DNA of 64,000 nucleotides from the human T2T-CHM13v2.0 reference genome, Homo sapiens: assembly GCF_009914755.1 (NCBI RefSeq), contig NC_060933.1; one strand, given 5' to 3'. The translations under genes and the position numbers were made by a program. The notes below the pieces were generated by a model that was not told the origin of the DNA, did not search any database, and worked only from the letters and a program-made list of their open reading frames with translations. Shown here piece after piece: positions 1 through 13,489 of this stretch. Numbering within the stretch: position 1 is the first letter of the stretch; each line of letters begins with the position of its first letter.

Positions 1-1604
1 CTTCTTCAAATACAGTGAATTGTTACAGCTAAAGGACTCAGCTACTGAGTACAGAGACACAATTTGATCTAAAATTTGTAAGTATCATTCTTAAATAACA
101 AATACTAACATACTTAAAAGGAATTTATTGATATTTGGCAGTCAGGTGAGATTCTGTCCATCTGTGCCCCTCACCCAGAGCCAAAAACACAAAGACACTC
201 AAGTACACCAAGTGGCAATCACTTTTTAAAATTCATTTCATGAATCTGCTCTACAATTTTAAGAATTATGTATCTGGCCCTTTTTGAGCTCCACAACACT
301 GCTATTTCTTGTAGAGAGAAACTTTGCTGTCAATCACTGCTCCCTTTTGCCACGCAAATATGTGCTGCAGCTTTCACTTGTCATTCCTATTATATGTAAT
401 GTAGGCAGCTTAGCACTAAATCAATTTAAGGAACTGCAGGAGTTAAATACATACATTATTATTTTGATGACAGAAAAGGCAATGAATGTCTTGCAGCTCC
501 ATTTGCTTTCTTTGTTAAGAAAGAAAAAGCTAATTATCTGCAGCTGTCAACCATGAAGACCTAGACCTATTTAAGTCAACATTAGCCTTGGACAACTGAA
601 AATATTTCTCAGATTTTTACCCGATTGTTTTCCTTTTGAAAAAAAAAAAAAAAAGAAAAAAGAAAAAAAAGAAGAAAAACCGCATACTTTCATTACAAAA
701 TATTAAACATTCTAAAGGGCAATGTAAAAACAAGTTGAAAAATGTAAAACTACATAGTTGTATCCCTTTTCAAAACCAATTCATTTAATATTTTTTAAAA
801 CTGCCTGTCAGTTTTTCGTAATACCCACTCTCTAATTAGTGTAGCCAAAATTTAGAAAAATGCAAAGCATCTCCAGATAAATTCATTAAAAAAACATTCA
901 AGTGAAAGCCCAGACTATTGGTTACAATGAAACTATGTTACAGATGATCAAGGGATAAATTCTGTTCATTTATTTAACAAAAAGAGAAAGAAAGAAATAC
1001 ATGTCCAAAGTTGAACTGCTGCAAAAAGACAGAAAATGCATACTGAATTTGTGTTCAATGTAGGAACACAAATACGTTATGCTTCTGTGTTCATATACTA
1101 TTTCATATACATTATTTTCTTTACCTACCAATCTTCTATTTTCTAGTCTAGTACCATTAGAATCTAGAAATACTTCGTTCTGAATTTTCTTTTTTCAAAT
1201 TTAAGGATCAACTTGGGTATTTTTCCAGGACACCCAATAAGGATGAAAACAATATTTTCAATAAGTCAAAGATAAAGTCAATATATAAACTACGAAATCT
1301 CTCAATACTGGGTTCTAAAAAGTGCAGAAAGGTCATTATTCTTGATTGTGAACATAAATTTGTTTTGCACTTGTTTTTACTGGGTCAATGATAAAATATT
1401 ATTTTCCTATTATTTTCTTTGGAACAGCTCTTCTCATGGGAATACACTTAAAACTATTTTACAATTTCACATTAAAATACTGTCCAGTTAGCTTTCAAAT
1501 AATTTTTTAGACACCAATATAAATTCAACCGTACAAAATCAACAATGAAAGAAAAACAGGACATATGACCCAAAATAATTATAGTTTTAAAAATTATAGA
1601 TCAT

Positions 1605-1685
1605 GTTGCAGTGAGCTGAGATCGCGCCACTGCACTCCAGCCTGGGTGACAGAGCGTGACTCCGTCTCAAAAAAAAAAAAAAAAA
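1605..1685 (+). mobile_element. Strongly 5'-truncated Alu (3' end only, AluY/S-like)
   Basis: TTGCAGTGAGCTGAGATCGCGCCACTGCACTCCAGCCTGG...TCCGTCTC plus poly(A); TSD AAAAATTATAG(A/C)TCATGT at 1589-1606 and 1681-1698. Confidence 0.92.
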
Positions 1686-2047
1686 TTATAGCTCATGTGT
1701 AAGTCCCTAAACCAGCCTTAAAAAGGAAGCCTTTTCGAAGTACACCTAACCGACAACTCCAAGATGCTGATTTGCCACAAGCACCCCTGCAATATTCAAG
1801 GATCACTATTGTAATCCCAAGTCTCAAATGTGTTAGAGACAAGAAAGAGAAGGTCAAGAACCATTAGTATAAATAGCATAAAAATCAAACACATCTCAGA
1901 TCCAAAGAATGATATGTAAAAATGAAGAGCCAGTCAGGTTTAAGTATAGACACAGACATAGCCTATGTGGTAAGTTAAAACAACAATGGTAGGTTAAAAC
2001 AACAACAAAAAAACAGCATAGCTATGTGGCCACAAAATACTAAGTAA

Positions 2048-2450
<403 letters not shown>

Positions 2451-3996
2451 AAAGCCCAAATTCTTTTCACAGCCCGATACTAGCTCCAGAGTTCTTCTCT
2501 GACATGGCTTTACATTTTCAGAAATCTGTATCTATTGTGATTGAGAGACAGTTGCTATCCTTTACAATTGATGATGCTGGTGAGATGTTATCATCTATGC
2601 ATATAAACAGAGTACAACTGACAAAAGTATTAGGAGGTGATCCTTGTCTTTAAATGAGCAGGATAAGATAGATGACCTTCACAGGGCTCTTCTAGCATTC
2701 TAACATTCTATGAGTAATTTATCTTATTAAGATGTTTGGGAACAGATAAAAAATCTCTGGCTATTTCTTTTCTAACTTTCTGAAATCTGTTCAAGATAAT
2801 AACTCCTACCCCATCACTATTTTACAAAAATTTAAATATAGTATCTACATTAATGTAATTCTCACAAATCTGTGATGTTGATTATTTTATACAGATGAGA
2901 GTACTGAAATTCAAAAAGATTGTGGTGCTTTGGCCCAAAGCACCAAATTACTAAACAGCAGAGCAATTCTAAAGGCAAATCTGTCCCACTCACAGCTCAG
3001 GACATTTACCCTTATATATATTAGATGCTGCCATAATAACAGCATCCATTTGTACATCACTGTACCTTTGTCACCTGTTCCCTAACTTTGTCCTCAGAAC
3101 AACCCTGCAATAAAATAAGGCAAGTAATATCATTCTGGCATCATTTTACAAATAACTGAGTCTTGGAGAATTTAAATCACTTGCTCAAGGATCCTTACAG
3201 AGTAATGGTAAAGCCAAGTCTCAAACAGAGGTCTCCTAATTCCAAGTCTAGTGTTTCTTTTGTCACTATATCTGACTGTCAATTACAAGTTTGGCTTCAA
3301 CATATCTTTGAAACATTTCTATGCCTACCCTGCTTAAACTTGTCTCTCTAAGTGTGAAATTCATTAAGTATAATTGAACTCATGAAAGCATTGTTTATGC
3401 CTATGTGTGGCATAATCACTTATGTTCCCAATATAGAATTACGTTTAAAATATATCTGTCTAAGACTTTTAAGAAAATTCTCACCCAGATTTTGAATGAT
3501 CAAGAATAAGGTGGCTAGTTATTAGAAAAAATCCTCCTTAAATCCCAGCAAGGGGGAAAAAGGGATGCCTAATTTGGGAGTTTGTTGAATTATAAATCAG
3601 CCTTCTCCTTACATCCAATTTATAGAACAGACAGCAGTACTGCCTAGAATTCTGTCTTCACTTCTTCAGAATCTTTCTACCAAATGCACTGCGATTACTG
3701 AATGATCTTATTTAGTAAACCAGCTTCTTGCCCCTTCATTAGGTCCTAATCTAAATTATAGTATAAAGACATAGGTTTTCTACTCGTGGCTGACTTATGA
3801 TAAACAGCACTGGCTGGCCATGTGGCCTGATGAGGTCCTGGGACACAGAAGGGTCTTTTTTTGGACTTTATCAGTCTTAGGGCAGGCAATTTATTTTGAG
3901 CCAGAAAAATAAAATATAATCTTAGGCCATCTGGTTCTGTAACGCACTGTATTTGTTTAGAAAGGTCACTGTTGTCAAGTTATTGAATGTTATCTC

Positions 3997-4468
3997 TGGA
4001 ATTGACAGGAAGAGGGAAGTTTTTGAAAGAAGGCCAAGAATATTAAAGCACCGGATATTAAGGTGTAAAGCAGTATTTAAAAGCTTGGGCTTTAGTGTTA
4101 AACAGACCACAGCTCAAATCCTAGCTCCACCACTTACTACTTAAATGACCTTGGGCAAGTCACTTTCTTTCTTAATTCAATTTTCCCCATCTATAAAATC
4201 TAGATAACACACCCTAGTGAGATACTGTAATGAGAAAATGATGTAATACATATATGTCACTAGCTCATAGTTATCATTCAAAATTTATGTAATAATTATT
4301 TTCAGTATAATTTTTGTTCTAATTTTTGTTTTACCTGAAACCAAAATTTTCATTACTTTTATAAACACTTCTCCAGACAGCAAAGTATAATTCCAATACA
4401 GAATCACAATTTATACTATACAAAAGATACGGATTTAGAGCCTATCCCTAACAAAAACTTCAATCTAT
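3997..4468 (+). repeat. Donor copy of a 472-bp dispersed duplication (includes a MIR fragment at about 4060-4260)
   Basis: Matches 8584-9055 with 3 substitutions and no indels by manual comparison. Confidence 0.95.
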
Positions 4469-5769
4469 CGTAAGGATTTAAGCAACATTCATTTCTTTGT
4501 TAAATCAGATATGTAGCAACCATTATTTTGTCAGTGAAATGATTGAGTTACTGTGTCAGTGAAGAATGAATACTAGGCTTATCAAATCCCTATCTGAACA
4601 ACTTCAGGGGGACCAATACTGCTGTTTTATTGGACAACTGCTATAGTATCCTGATGTTCCTATGCAATAGTTATTTTCTGTACATTATGTAGTTTTCTAT
4701 TAATGTTGCACAGCAGTATTATGATCCAACTACTGCAGTAACGAGATGATCCAGAGTTGACTTAGACAGGCTATTCAGGCCCTTTCCTTTTGTGAGATTA
4801 GCAATGTGGTTAAAAATATAGTAATAATTAAAACACTCATTAAAAAATAGCTCAATCAAAACTCCATCTAGAATGTTGCTGAGGAGCAACAGTTTCGATT
4901 CAGCATGCCAGAGTCTGGATCGACTTATATATCCCTTAAGAATCTCAATGGTAGGCAAACACTTCACCTGTGGAATTATCTCCACACATAATTGGATTTC
5001 CCAAATCAAAGTAGGCACTATAAGCCAGGGCAAAAGCTGCAGTCTTAGGCTAGAGAAGAAGATTTCCATCTGTTTTCTACTTCAAGTATTAGCTGCTACA
5101 GAGTTTCCCCTTTGGTGTCATAATAACAGGCACATATTTTTCATATGAACTACTGGGTTCTCTTATTTCTCCACAATACTGAACTGAGAGATCTGAAAAT
5201 CACTAAAAACATATTTCTAACTCTGGGGTCTAGCCAAGAAGACTACCTACAGACTAACAAAAGTCTAAAACATGCGTACTGAATTAGGGGTTATAAAGAT
5301 AAATGGATCCAAGAAATATATAAGCCTACATAGAATAATACACATGAGAAGCTCTCTTGATCAAGCTTCACTTACCCAGCTTGCTATGTAAACCCACATT
5401 GTTCATTTCCTCTTTAACCATACTGACAGATGCCCACAGAATACTGAAAACTCACAGCCTGCAGGAGTCTCTCTAGCATGCCCCTCAACACTTCTGCTCC
5501 CAACTGCTGAGCTGTATATTCACTCAGAACAATATTTGTTCCAAAACCTCAACAGGGGAGTTTTATTGTTATTGTAATTAGCTAATTTAATTAAATATCA
5601 CATAAACCATAAAAGCAAAAATAAAAGGTCTTGTATCTTTAAAAACTAAGTCAAACGCATTGAAAAGACTTGATAAAGGCAAGTCACTGCAAAATACTGC
5701 TGTTGAAATAGGCAAAGATAAGAGAAATATTTTTAAACCTGGGAAAAATAATAAAATATAGAATATAAT

Positions 5770-5932
5770 GTTTCTGAAAATGTAGCATGGAAGCCAAGCA
5801 TAGAATACTGAGCCCCACCTTCCATAGTTTCTGATTCAGTAGGTCTGGAGTAAAACCAAAGAATTTGCATGCTATGAAATTCCCATGATGCTGAGGCTGC
5901 TGGGCTGGGAACCACACTTTGAGAACCACTGC
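5770..5932. mobile_element. MER5A-like hAT-Charlie DNA transposon fragment
   Basis: GTTTCTGATTCAGTAGGTCTGG...GAATTTGCAT...ACCACACTTTGAGAACCACTG. Confidence 0.75.
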
Positions 5933-6637
5933 TCTGCAAGTGTCTCAATTTTTTAATCTATATTAAAGAAATAAAGCATAAACTGGATATGACTTGTTAT
6001 AGATGTAGATTTATATAAGACTTGCAGTTCCAATCAGCAAGCCTATATTGAAAAAAAGGCCCTTGGTCCTAGTCACAAAAACAGTCTATTTATACATTTT
6101 GCACATTTCAAGTTAAAATGTTAGTGAGAAGTATGCAGCACTTTTTATGACCTACTGTTTTAACTTTTTCTATTAACAGTCAAACTACAAGAACCAATCT
6201 CATCAGAAAAGATCCCTTGTCAAATACAGACTATGAAAGTACCACTGAAGTTTCAAAGTTCCTTTACCTACACCATTTGCAAGAAGGAAATTCCGTGATT
6301 GTCTCATTGGTTATAAGACTTCCCCGAAACACAAACTCATAGAAGCTCATAATATCAATGACGCTTTTAAAATTAAAGTTAAAAGGTTTAGTATCACTGT
6401 CTCCAATTTATAGATGAGATTACTGACTCAGAAGAAACATATCTAAAAGTAAGTCAGCCAACAAGTGGCAGCCAAGACTCTGAATACAGATTTGTCTCCA
6501 GAAACAGTGCTTATTTGCCCAAACCACAAAATATTGCAGTATAATCTTTAAAAGAATCAAAGACAGGTTTGCAACAATACACCATTAGAACCCTAATCAA
6601 TCTAAATGTCTGTGAAACAGAAAATGACCAAACTAGC

Positions 6638-6970
6638 AGCCAGGTATGGTGGCTCATGCCTGTAATCTCCGCACTTTGGGAGGCCAAGGAAGGAGAATCA
6701 CTTGAGGCAACCAAGAGTTGAAGACCAGCCTGGGCAACACAGGAAGATCCCATCTCCACAAAAAGTAAAAAATTAGCTGGGTGTGGTGACACATGCCTAT
6801 AGTCCTAGCTACTCGGGAGGCTGAGGCAGGAAGATTGCTTGAGCCCAGGTGATCTAGGCTGCAGTGAGCTATAATTGTGCCACTGCACTAACAGCCTGGG
6901 CAACAGAGCAAGACCCTGTCTCCAAAAAAAAAAAAAGAAAGAAAAAGAAAAAGGAAGGAAGGAAGGAAGG
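6638..6970 (+). mobile_element. AluJ with A/GAAG-rich tail
   Basis: Dimeric Alu with J-type diagnostics (TTGAGCCCAGG, GTGAGCTAT). Confidence 0.92.
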
Positions 6971-7035
6971 TAGGTTGCCAACTATAAACAGTTATAAATG
7001 GATGCTTATAAGCATTATATCTTCATCTTGAACAC

Positions 7036-8152
7036 TGTAGGGTCCAGCCCCACAGGGTCAGTGGGTTTTTCTCCCCGTGTGCAGAGACGAGAGATTGTAG
7101 AAATAAAGACACAAGACAAAGAGATAAAAGAAAAGACAGCTGGGCCCGGGGGACCGCAACCACCAAGACGCAGAGACCGGTAGTGGCCCCGAATGCCAGG
7201 CTGTGCTGTTATTTATTGGAAACAAGGCAAAAGGGGAAGGGTAAGGAGTGTGAGTCATCTCCAATGATTGACAAGGTCACATGAGTCACATGTCCACTAG
7301 ACAGGGGGCCCTTCCCTGCCTGGCAGCCAAGGCAGACAGAGAGAGAGGGAGAGAGAGAGGACAGCTTATGCTACTATTTCTGCATATCGCATATACAGCG
7401 TATGCAATAGCATACGCTATTATTTCTGCATAATATTACAATATTGTTTCTGCATATCAGAGACTTTTAGTACTTTCACTAATTTTGCTACTGCTGCCTA
7501 AAAGGCAGAGCCAGGTGTACAGGATGGAACATGAAAGTGGACTAGGAGGGTGACCACTGAAGCACAGCATCACAGGGAGACAGTCAGGCCTCCAGATAAC
7601 TGTGGGCAGGCTTGACTGATGTCAGGCCCTCCACAAGAGGTGGAGTAGAGTGTCTTCTCTAAACTCCCCTGGGGAAAGGGAGACTCCCCTTCCCAGTCTG
7701 CTAAGTAGTAGGTGTTTTCCCTTCGCACTGACGCTACCACTAGACCACAGTCTGCTTGGCAACAGGCATCTTCCCAGACGCTGGCGTTACCGCTAGACCA
7801 AGGAGCTCTCTGGTGGCCCTGTCCAGGCATGACAGACGGCTCACACTCTTGTCTTCTGGTCACTTCTCACTATGTCCCCTCAGCTCCTATCTCTGTATGG
7901 CCTAGTTTTTCCTAGGTTATGATTATAGAGCGAGTATTATTATAATATTGGCATAAAGAGTAATTGCTACAAATGATTAATGATACTCATATATAATATA
8001 TATAATATATACATATAATTCATATGATATTCATATATAATCATGTCTATGTAGATCTAGTATAACTCTTGTTGTTTTATGTTCTTTATTACACTGGAAC
8101 AACTCGTGCCCCTGGTCTCTTGCCTCGGCATCTGGATGGCTTGCTGCCCACA
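7036..8152 (-). mobile_element. LTR13-family solo LTR (ERVK; HERV-K13/HML-4)
   Basis: Minus strand starts TGTGGGCAGCAAGCCATCCAGATGCCGAGGCAAGAGACC and ends GTGGGGCTGGACCCTACA (TG...CA); AATAAA at 7217-7212; diverged 6-bp TSD GAACAC/GAATAT. Confidence 0.88.
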
Positions 8153-8399
8153 GAATATAATCATAAACATCATCTATAAGCTGAACTTATTAAGTGCCAA
8201 GAGAGGATCATCAAATATAGGGCACTGGAAGGTAGCTAGTTTATCAGCATTGATGCAAAGTTTAGTATTTATGGACTGCTTGAAAACAGGGGAAGAGATG
8301 AAGTAGCTCAGTGACAGCAATCACCATTAAGATGATGCCATTAAACCAAGTCAATTTTAGAAACTAGAGGCACAGACAAACAGCACCTTATCTCTGCCT

Positions 8400-11150
8400 T
8401 ATAAGGTAGTGATGCATTCATGTTGTATTATAAATTCCAGAAGAGAACCATATCTGTAAAACTATGAAGGAATCCATCTTTTATGTATCATAAGCCCATC
8501 AATACAACTTTATAAGAATTGCTTTATTCAGTTGTGTTTTAAATAACTGGAGAAAAAAATGTTACAAACAAAAACGCATTTATTGGAATTGACAGGAAGA
8601 GGGAAGTTTTTGAAAGAAGGCCAAGAATATTAAAGCACCGGATATTAAGGTGTAAAGCAGTATTTAAAAGCTTGGGCTTTAGTGTTAAACAGACCACAGC
8701 TCAAATCCTAGCTCCACCACTTACTACTTAAATGACCTTGGGCAAGTCACTTTCTTTCTTAATTCAATTTTCCCCATCTATAAAATCTAGATAACACACC
8801 CTAGTGAGATATTGTAATGAGAAAATGATGTAATACATATATGTCACTAGCTCATAGTTATCATTCAAAATTTATGTAATAATTATTTTCAGTATAATTT
8901 TTGTTCTAATTTTTGTTTTACCTGAAACCAAAATTTTCATTACTTTTATAAACACTTCTCCAGACAGCAAAGTATAATTCCAATACAGAATCACAATTTA
9001 TACTATACAAAAGACATGGATTTAGAGCCTATCCCTAACAAAAACTTCAATCTATTATTCAATCTATTTGTACATGTCTTTCATAATGCCTGTAGTTACC
9101 TTTAACCATTCCTCTTTATTTCTTCACACGGATTAAAATTTACCATTAAGTGTCCTTTCATTTCAACCTGAAAGACTCCCTTTAACATTTCTTAGAGTTC
9201 GTGAGAATCCTTTCAGTTTTTATCTATTTGGAAACGTCTTAATTTCACTTTCAGTTTTGAAGAAAAGTTTAGCTAAATAGAGAATTACTGGTTGACAGTC
9301 TTTTACTTTCAATGTTGAAAATGTCTTCTAGCCTCCAGGGTTTCTCGTAAGTCAGCTATTAAGCCTATTGAGGATTCCTTGTAACAAGTCATTTTTCTCC
9401 TGCTACTTTCAAGATTTTTCTTTAAATTCAACTATGATGGGTCTAGGTATGGATCACTTTGGGCTTATTCAACTTGGATTACAGTGAGCTTCTTGGATGT
9501 GTAGCACAGAGTAATATTTTTCAGCAAGTTTGGAAAGTTTTCTGCCATTTTTTTTTAAATATTCTTTCTGCCTCATTCTCATCTTCTGGGAATCCTATAA
9601 TGTCCATGTTGGCACAACATTTAATGGAGTCACATAAGTCTTTTGAGACTCTGTTCATTTTTCTTTCTGATCCTCACATTGAACAATCTCTATTGACCTA
9701 ACTTCGAGTTAAAAGATTCCTTCATTTGCCAATTTATATCTGTTGTTGAGCTCCTCTAGTGAATTTTTCATTTCAGTTATTATACTTTTAAGCTCCAGAA
9801 CTTCCTTGTTTTTTAATAATTTCTATCTTTATTGATACTCTTTCTCTGGTGAAACACCATTCTGATGCTTCCCTTTAATTCTTTAGACATGGTTTCATTT
9901 AGTTCTTTGAATGTATTTGTAATAGCTAACTTAAAGACTACAAAGTCTAAAATCTAGGCTCCCACAGGGACTTTTTTTGTTCGTTTTTTATTATTTGTCT
10001 CTGTGTGTTTTATTTCCTGTTTCTTTGCATTTCTCAATTTTTGTTAAAACTGAACATTTTAGGTAATATATTTTAACAAATCTCATATCAGATTGCTCCA
10101 CATTATTCCCCTAAATTTTTTAATCATCAGTGTGTTGTTTTTCTTGATGCTGATTCTTTAGTACTTTCATGAACGAATTTTACAGATCCTGTATTCCCCG
10201 TAGTGTGTGGCCACCGAGTTCTCTGCTAGAACTCTTTTTTTTTTTTTTTTTAGGATCTTGTTTTTATTTGTAAGCCTGGCTTCCAAGAAGTCATACCTGG
10301 ACCAGTAAAATGTAGTAGTCAACCAATGATCATTTAAAAGATTTCCTTAAATGCTTTGCCTATATGTCTTCTACCTTTTGCCAAAGAAATCTTCATGAGA
10401 AGTCATACCTTCAAACTTCAGGAAGCTTACAAATAGCACTGATTTTCACTTCCTGCTTACACAGTGCCTCAAGATCAGTCAGAGGTGACATTCTCCTTTC
10501 CCAGGTCATTTCCGGGCATGTGTACAGACTTGCACATTGTACAGCCTTTTAAATACCCAGGAATATGCCAGAGCTTTCCAAAGTTCCCTATAGTTGGCTA
10601 GTTCTCCAGACTTTCCTTTTAAATTCCTGGCCAGATTCTTCCTTTGCCTCAACTGAAATCACAGCCTTAGGCAATTGACATTTTGCCAACAGTTTGCTAT
10701 TGTTTCAGTAATGCCCTGGGGGTAAGCTTTTTCTTCCCCCAACTGAGCTGAGTTCAGAGTCAAATCAAATATCCAGCCACTCTCTCTGAAAAGAGTTTTC
10801 CCAGGGAGCTGCAAGTTGGGACAAAATATTAACTGTGCTCTGGGGATAGTGCCTTCAATGGGGCTCCAGAAGTGGTCAGCTCTCTCCATTGTCTGCAATA
10901 CTGCCAGCTTTTAGCTACACCACTAAGCTGGAGAGAGAGATGAGAATAACCCCAAGTTAAAATATCGCAGACCCCACTGGTCTTCCCAAGATTCACTAGT
11001 TTTCTCTTGGACAGATGATTTTCAATTCATACTCCTGCTTAATTGCCAGAATTCTAAAATGGCTGATTTTCATTATTTTACCCATATTTTTGTTGTTGTA
11101 TAGGCAGCACAAATTCACTGAGGCCCTCACTCCACCATTCTGGAAGTTGA
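8400..11150 (-). mobile_element. Old L1 (L1M-class) fragment, interrupted by the 472-bp insertion
   Basis: Typical antisense L1M text (GTGTCCTTTCATTTCAACCTGAAAGACTCCCTTTAACATTTCTT; GAATTTTTCATTTCAGTTATTATACTTTT). Boundaries approximate. Confidence 0.72.
8584..9055 (+). repeat. Inserted copy of the 472-bp duplication
   Basis: Offset 4587 from 3997-4468; interrupts L1-like sequence. Confidence 0.95.
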
Positions 11151-11894
11151 TCAAGTTCTGTAATATTCTGAATTTATAATTTTCAGGACAAAAAGATCTT
11201 AACCAAAAAAAACAAACCCTCACTTAGTTTGATTTTTTAAAAATATACTTAAAATTTTTAGATCACTGATTCTTATCTCTAATAGAAACTTATGAAAAAA
11301 ATCTGTATTTCAGTACTTAAATGAGAGTGAAACAGATCTGTGAGACAGGAAAAAATAAACTGCATAAACAATTTATCACATCTTTCCTGTTAACTAATAT
11401 GTGAATCATCAAAAACAAAGGTGATTACTGGTCTCAGAGCCACTCTCAGTCCTAAACGGCCTCTCAAATCTTTTGGGGACAACAGAAACAAGTAAAAGTG
11501 AGGAGGAAAGCCTAGTCCATCTTGTCTTACTTGGCTGACTGAGGCCAAAACCAACTATACTCTGATAGTAAGAAATTTTTTTAAAACCACAGAAAACTGG
11601 AAGTGGGAAATCGACAGAAAAGAAGAATCAGATACTTGACTTAGGAGGCAACCCTATCTCTTGAGATTTCTCTGAAGAGACTCAGAACAGAGATTGAGTT
11701 TACCTCAGATTCACCCAAGTATAGGCCAAAATCGCGGGCTTCTGGAAGAGAAAAGAGTTGTTCATTACTATTTCTCTTTTGTTAGCTGGTATTGGCAAGC
11801 CAAGGAAAGACCAAAACTGTCAAGGTAGGCCGAGAAAAGTAAACATCTTTTAGCAAGGCTTTTATTTTCAAGAATATTGTCGCATGTTTCTTTT

Positions 11895-12360
11895 GCTTTT
11901 CTTTTGTTGTGTAACAAACCACCCCAAAACTTACTGGCACAACAACCACCATTTTATTTGGTCATAATTCTGCAATCTGAGCAGGGCTCAACTAGGCAGT
12001 TCTTACAGTCATCTTGCTGGTGGTCATTCATACTACTGCTTTCAGCCAGCAGGTGAGAAATGAGATCAGCTAGGATACTAGCATGGCTAAGCATCTCTCT
12101 CCATGTAATCTCAGAAATTCTCCCTCTCCATGTGGCCTCTTTTCCACTGGGTCTCTCTAGGAGAACGGTCAGATTCTTACATGATGATCCTCTCTCTCGA
12201 AAACACAAAAGCATAAGTTGTCGGGCCTTTTTGCACCCAGACCTGGAAGAGCTTTAATCCCTTTGCATTCTCTTTGTTAAAACAAGCTACAGGCCCAACC
12301 CAAACTGAAAGGAAAGTGACTTCACACGAGCATGAATGCCATCAATGTAATAGACAACTA
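11895..12360. mobile_element. MLT1-family (ERVL-MaLR) LTR
   Basis: TTGTGTAACAAACCACCCCAAAACTTA...CATAATTCTGCAATCTGAGCAGGGCTCA. Confidence 0.72.
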
Positions 12361-13489
12361 AAACATTCAGGCCAATGTTCAGATGACTGGAATGGACACA
12401 ACCACAAGAAACTATAAAATGGCTAAAGCTTGAAGACTGAGCAATTATAGTCAGATTCTATTCTCTGTTCTTTCCCACAATGAGAGTCAATCTACGTTCA
12501 CCAGGAATCTTAATTATAAGTGGAACCTGTTAATCACTTAAAAGCCATATGACCTTAGACAAGTCAATTAATCTCTCTAAGCTTCAGCTGCTGTATTGTA
12601 AAACAGGAAAAATTATACATGCCCTGCCTGTCTTAGAGGAACGCTGTAGAATAAATAAGAGCTTTGAAAGCTGTAAACTGCTATACAAATATAAGGAAAT
12701 ATTATTTAGCTGACAGGATGGTAAGTATAATCAACCTAGCTAGGCTCCATTCTCCTCCCTATTAATAAAATTATAACCATCATCAATTACCCTATATGCT
12801 AAATGACTACCACAGCAATATTATATATAATAGCAAGCTAAAATTACATTATGTTTTGTTACTATGAAGAATAATAACACTAACTACAATTTATTATTGT
12901 CCAATTATATGTCAGGTGCTGTTGGTTACTTTGGATAATCTATAACCCTTACAATAACTCAATACGGTAGGTATTATCCCTCATTTACAAATAAAGAAAC
13001 TGACACTTGGCTACTTTAAGTAACCTGCCCATAGTTACACAGCCAGCAAATGAAAAATCCATTCTTAGCATCTAATGCCTAATAGGCACTTGATAAATAT
13101 TTGTTGGATAAATTAAAGAACAAATAAAGCCAAGGCTATCTGGCTTTAATGCAACGTTGTTCAAATATATCAAAGGATTTCTCTCTCACAATCCTTATTT
13201 TTATATACAGCTATTAAAACTGTAATCATAGCAAACACATCTAACTAACATGAACAATTTAACCTTCCACATCAAGAAAATAGTTTCCCATCTGAAAAGT
13301 ACATTTTTTAAAAAAAAAAATCTAATATTTAACCTATCTAATGAATTATTTTGAATTATAATGATCATGTTATAATGTGGGGACATCAACTGGAATAAAA
13401 AGCAAAAAAAAATTACATACAAAAATCACTAAAACAAAAAGAATCATATTTTTAAACTAAAAAAAAGGTGCATTATGGATCACAAATTT

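Noticed and set aside
4719-5148. Overlapping 116- and 91-aa ORFs
   Set aside because: No recognisable family, splice structure or promoter; possibly decayed ancient repeat sequence.
6998-8306. ORFs and SVA/provirus interpretation of the HERV-K-like element
   Set aside because: A single LTR with TG...CA ends; no gag/pol/env, hexamer repeat or SVA VNTR.
8584-9055. Duplication as a retrocopy or pure assembly artefact
   Set aside because: No poly(A) or TSD, so not a retrocopy. Three substitutions and a structured junction filler argue against mis-assembly, though reads are needed to exclude it.
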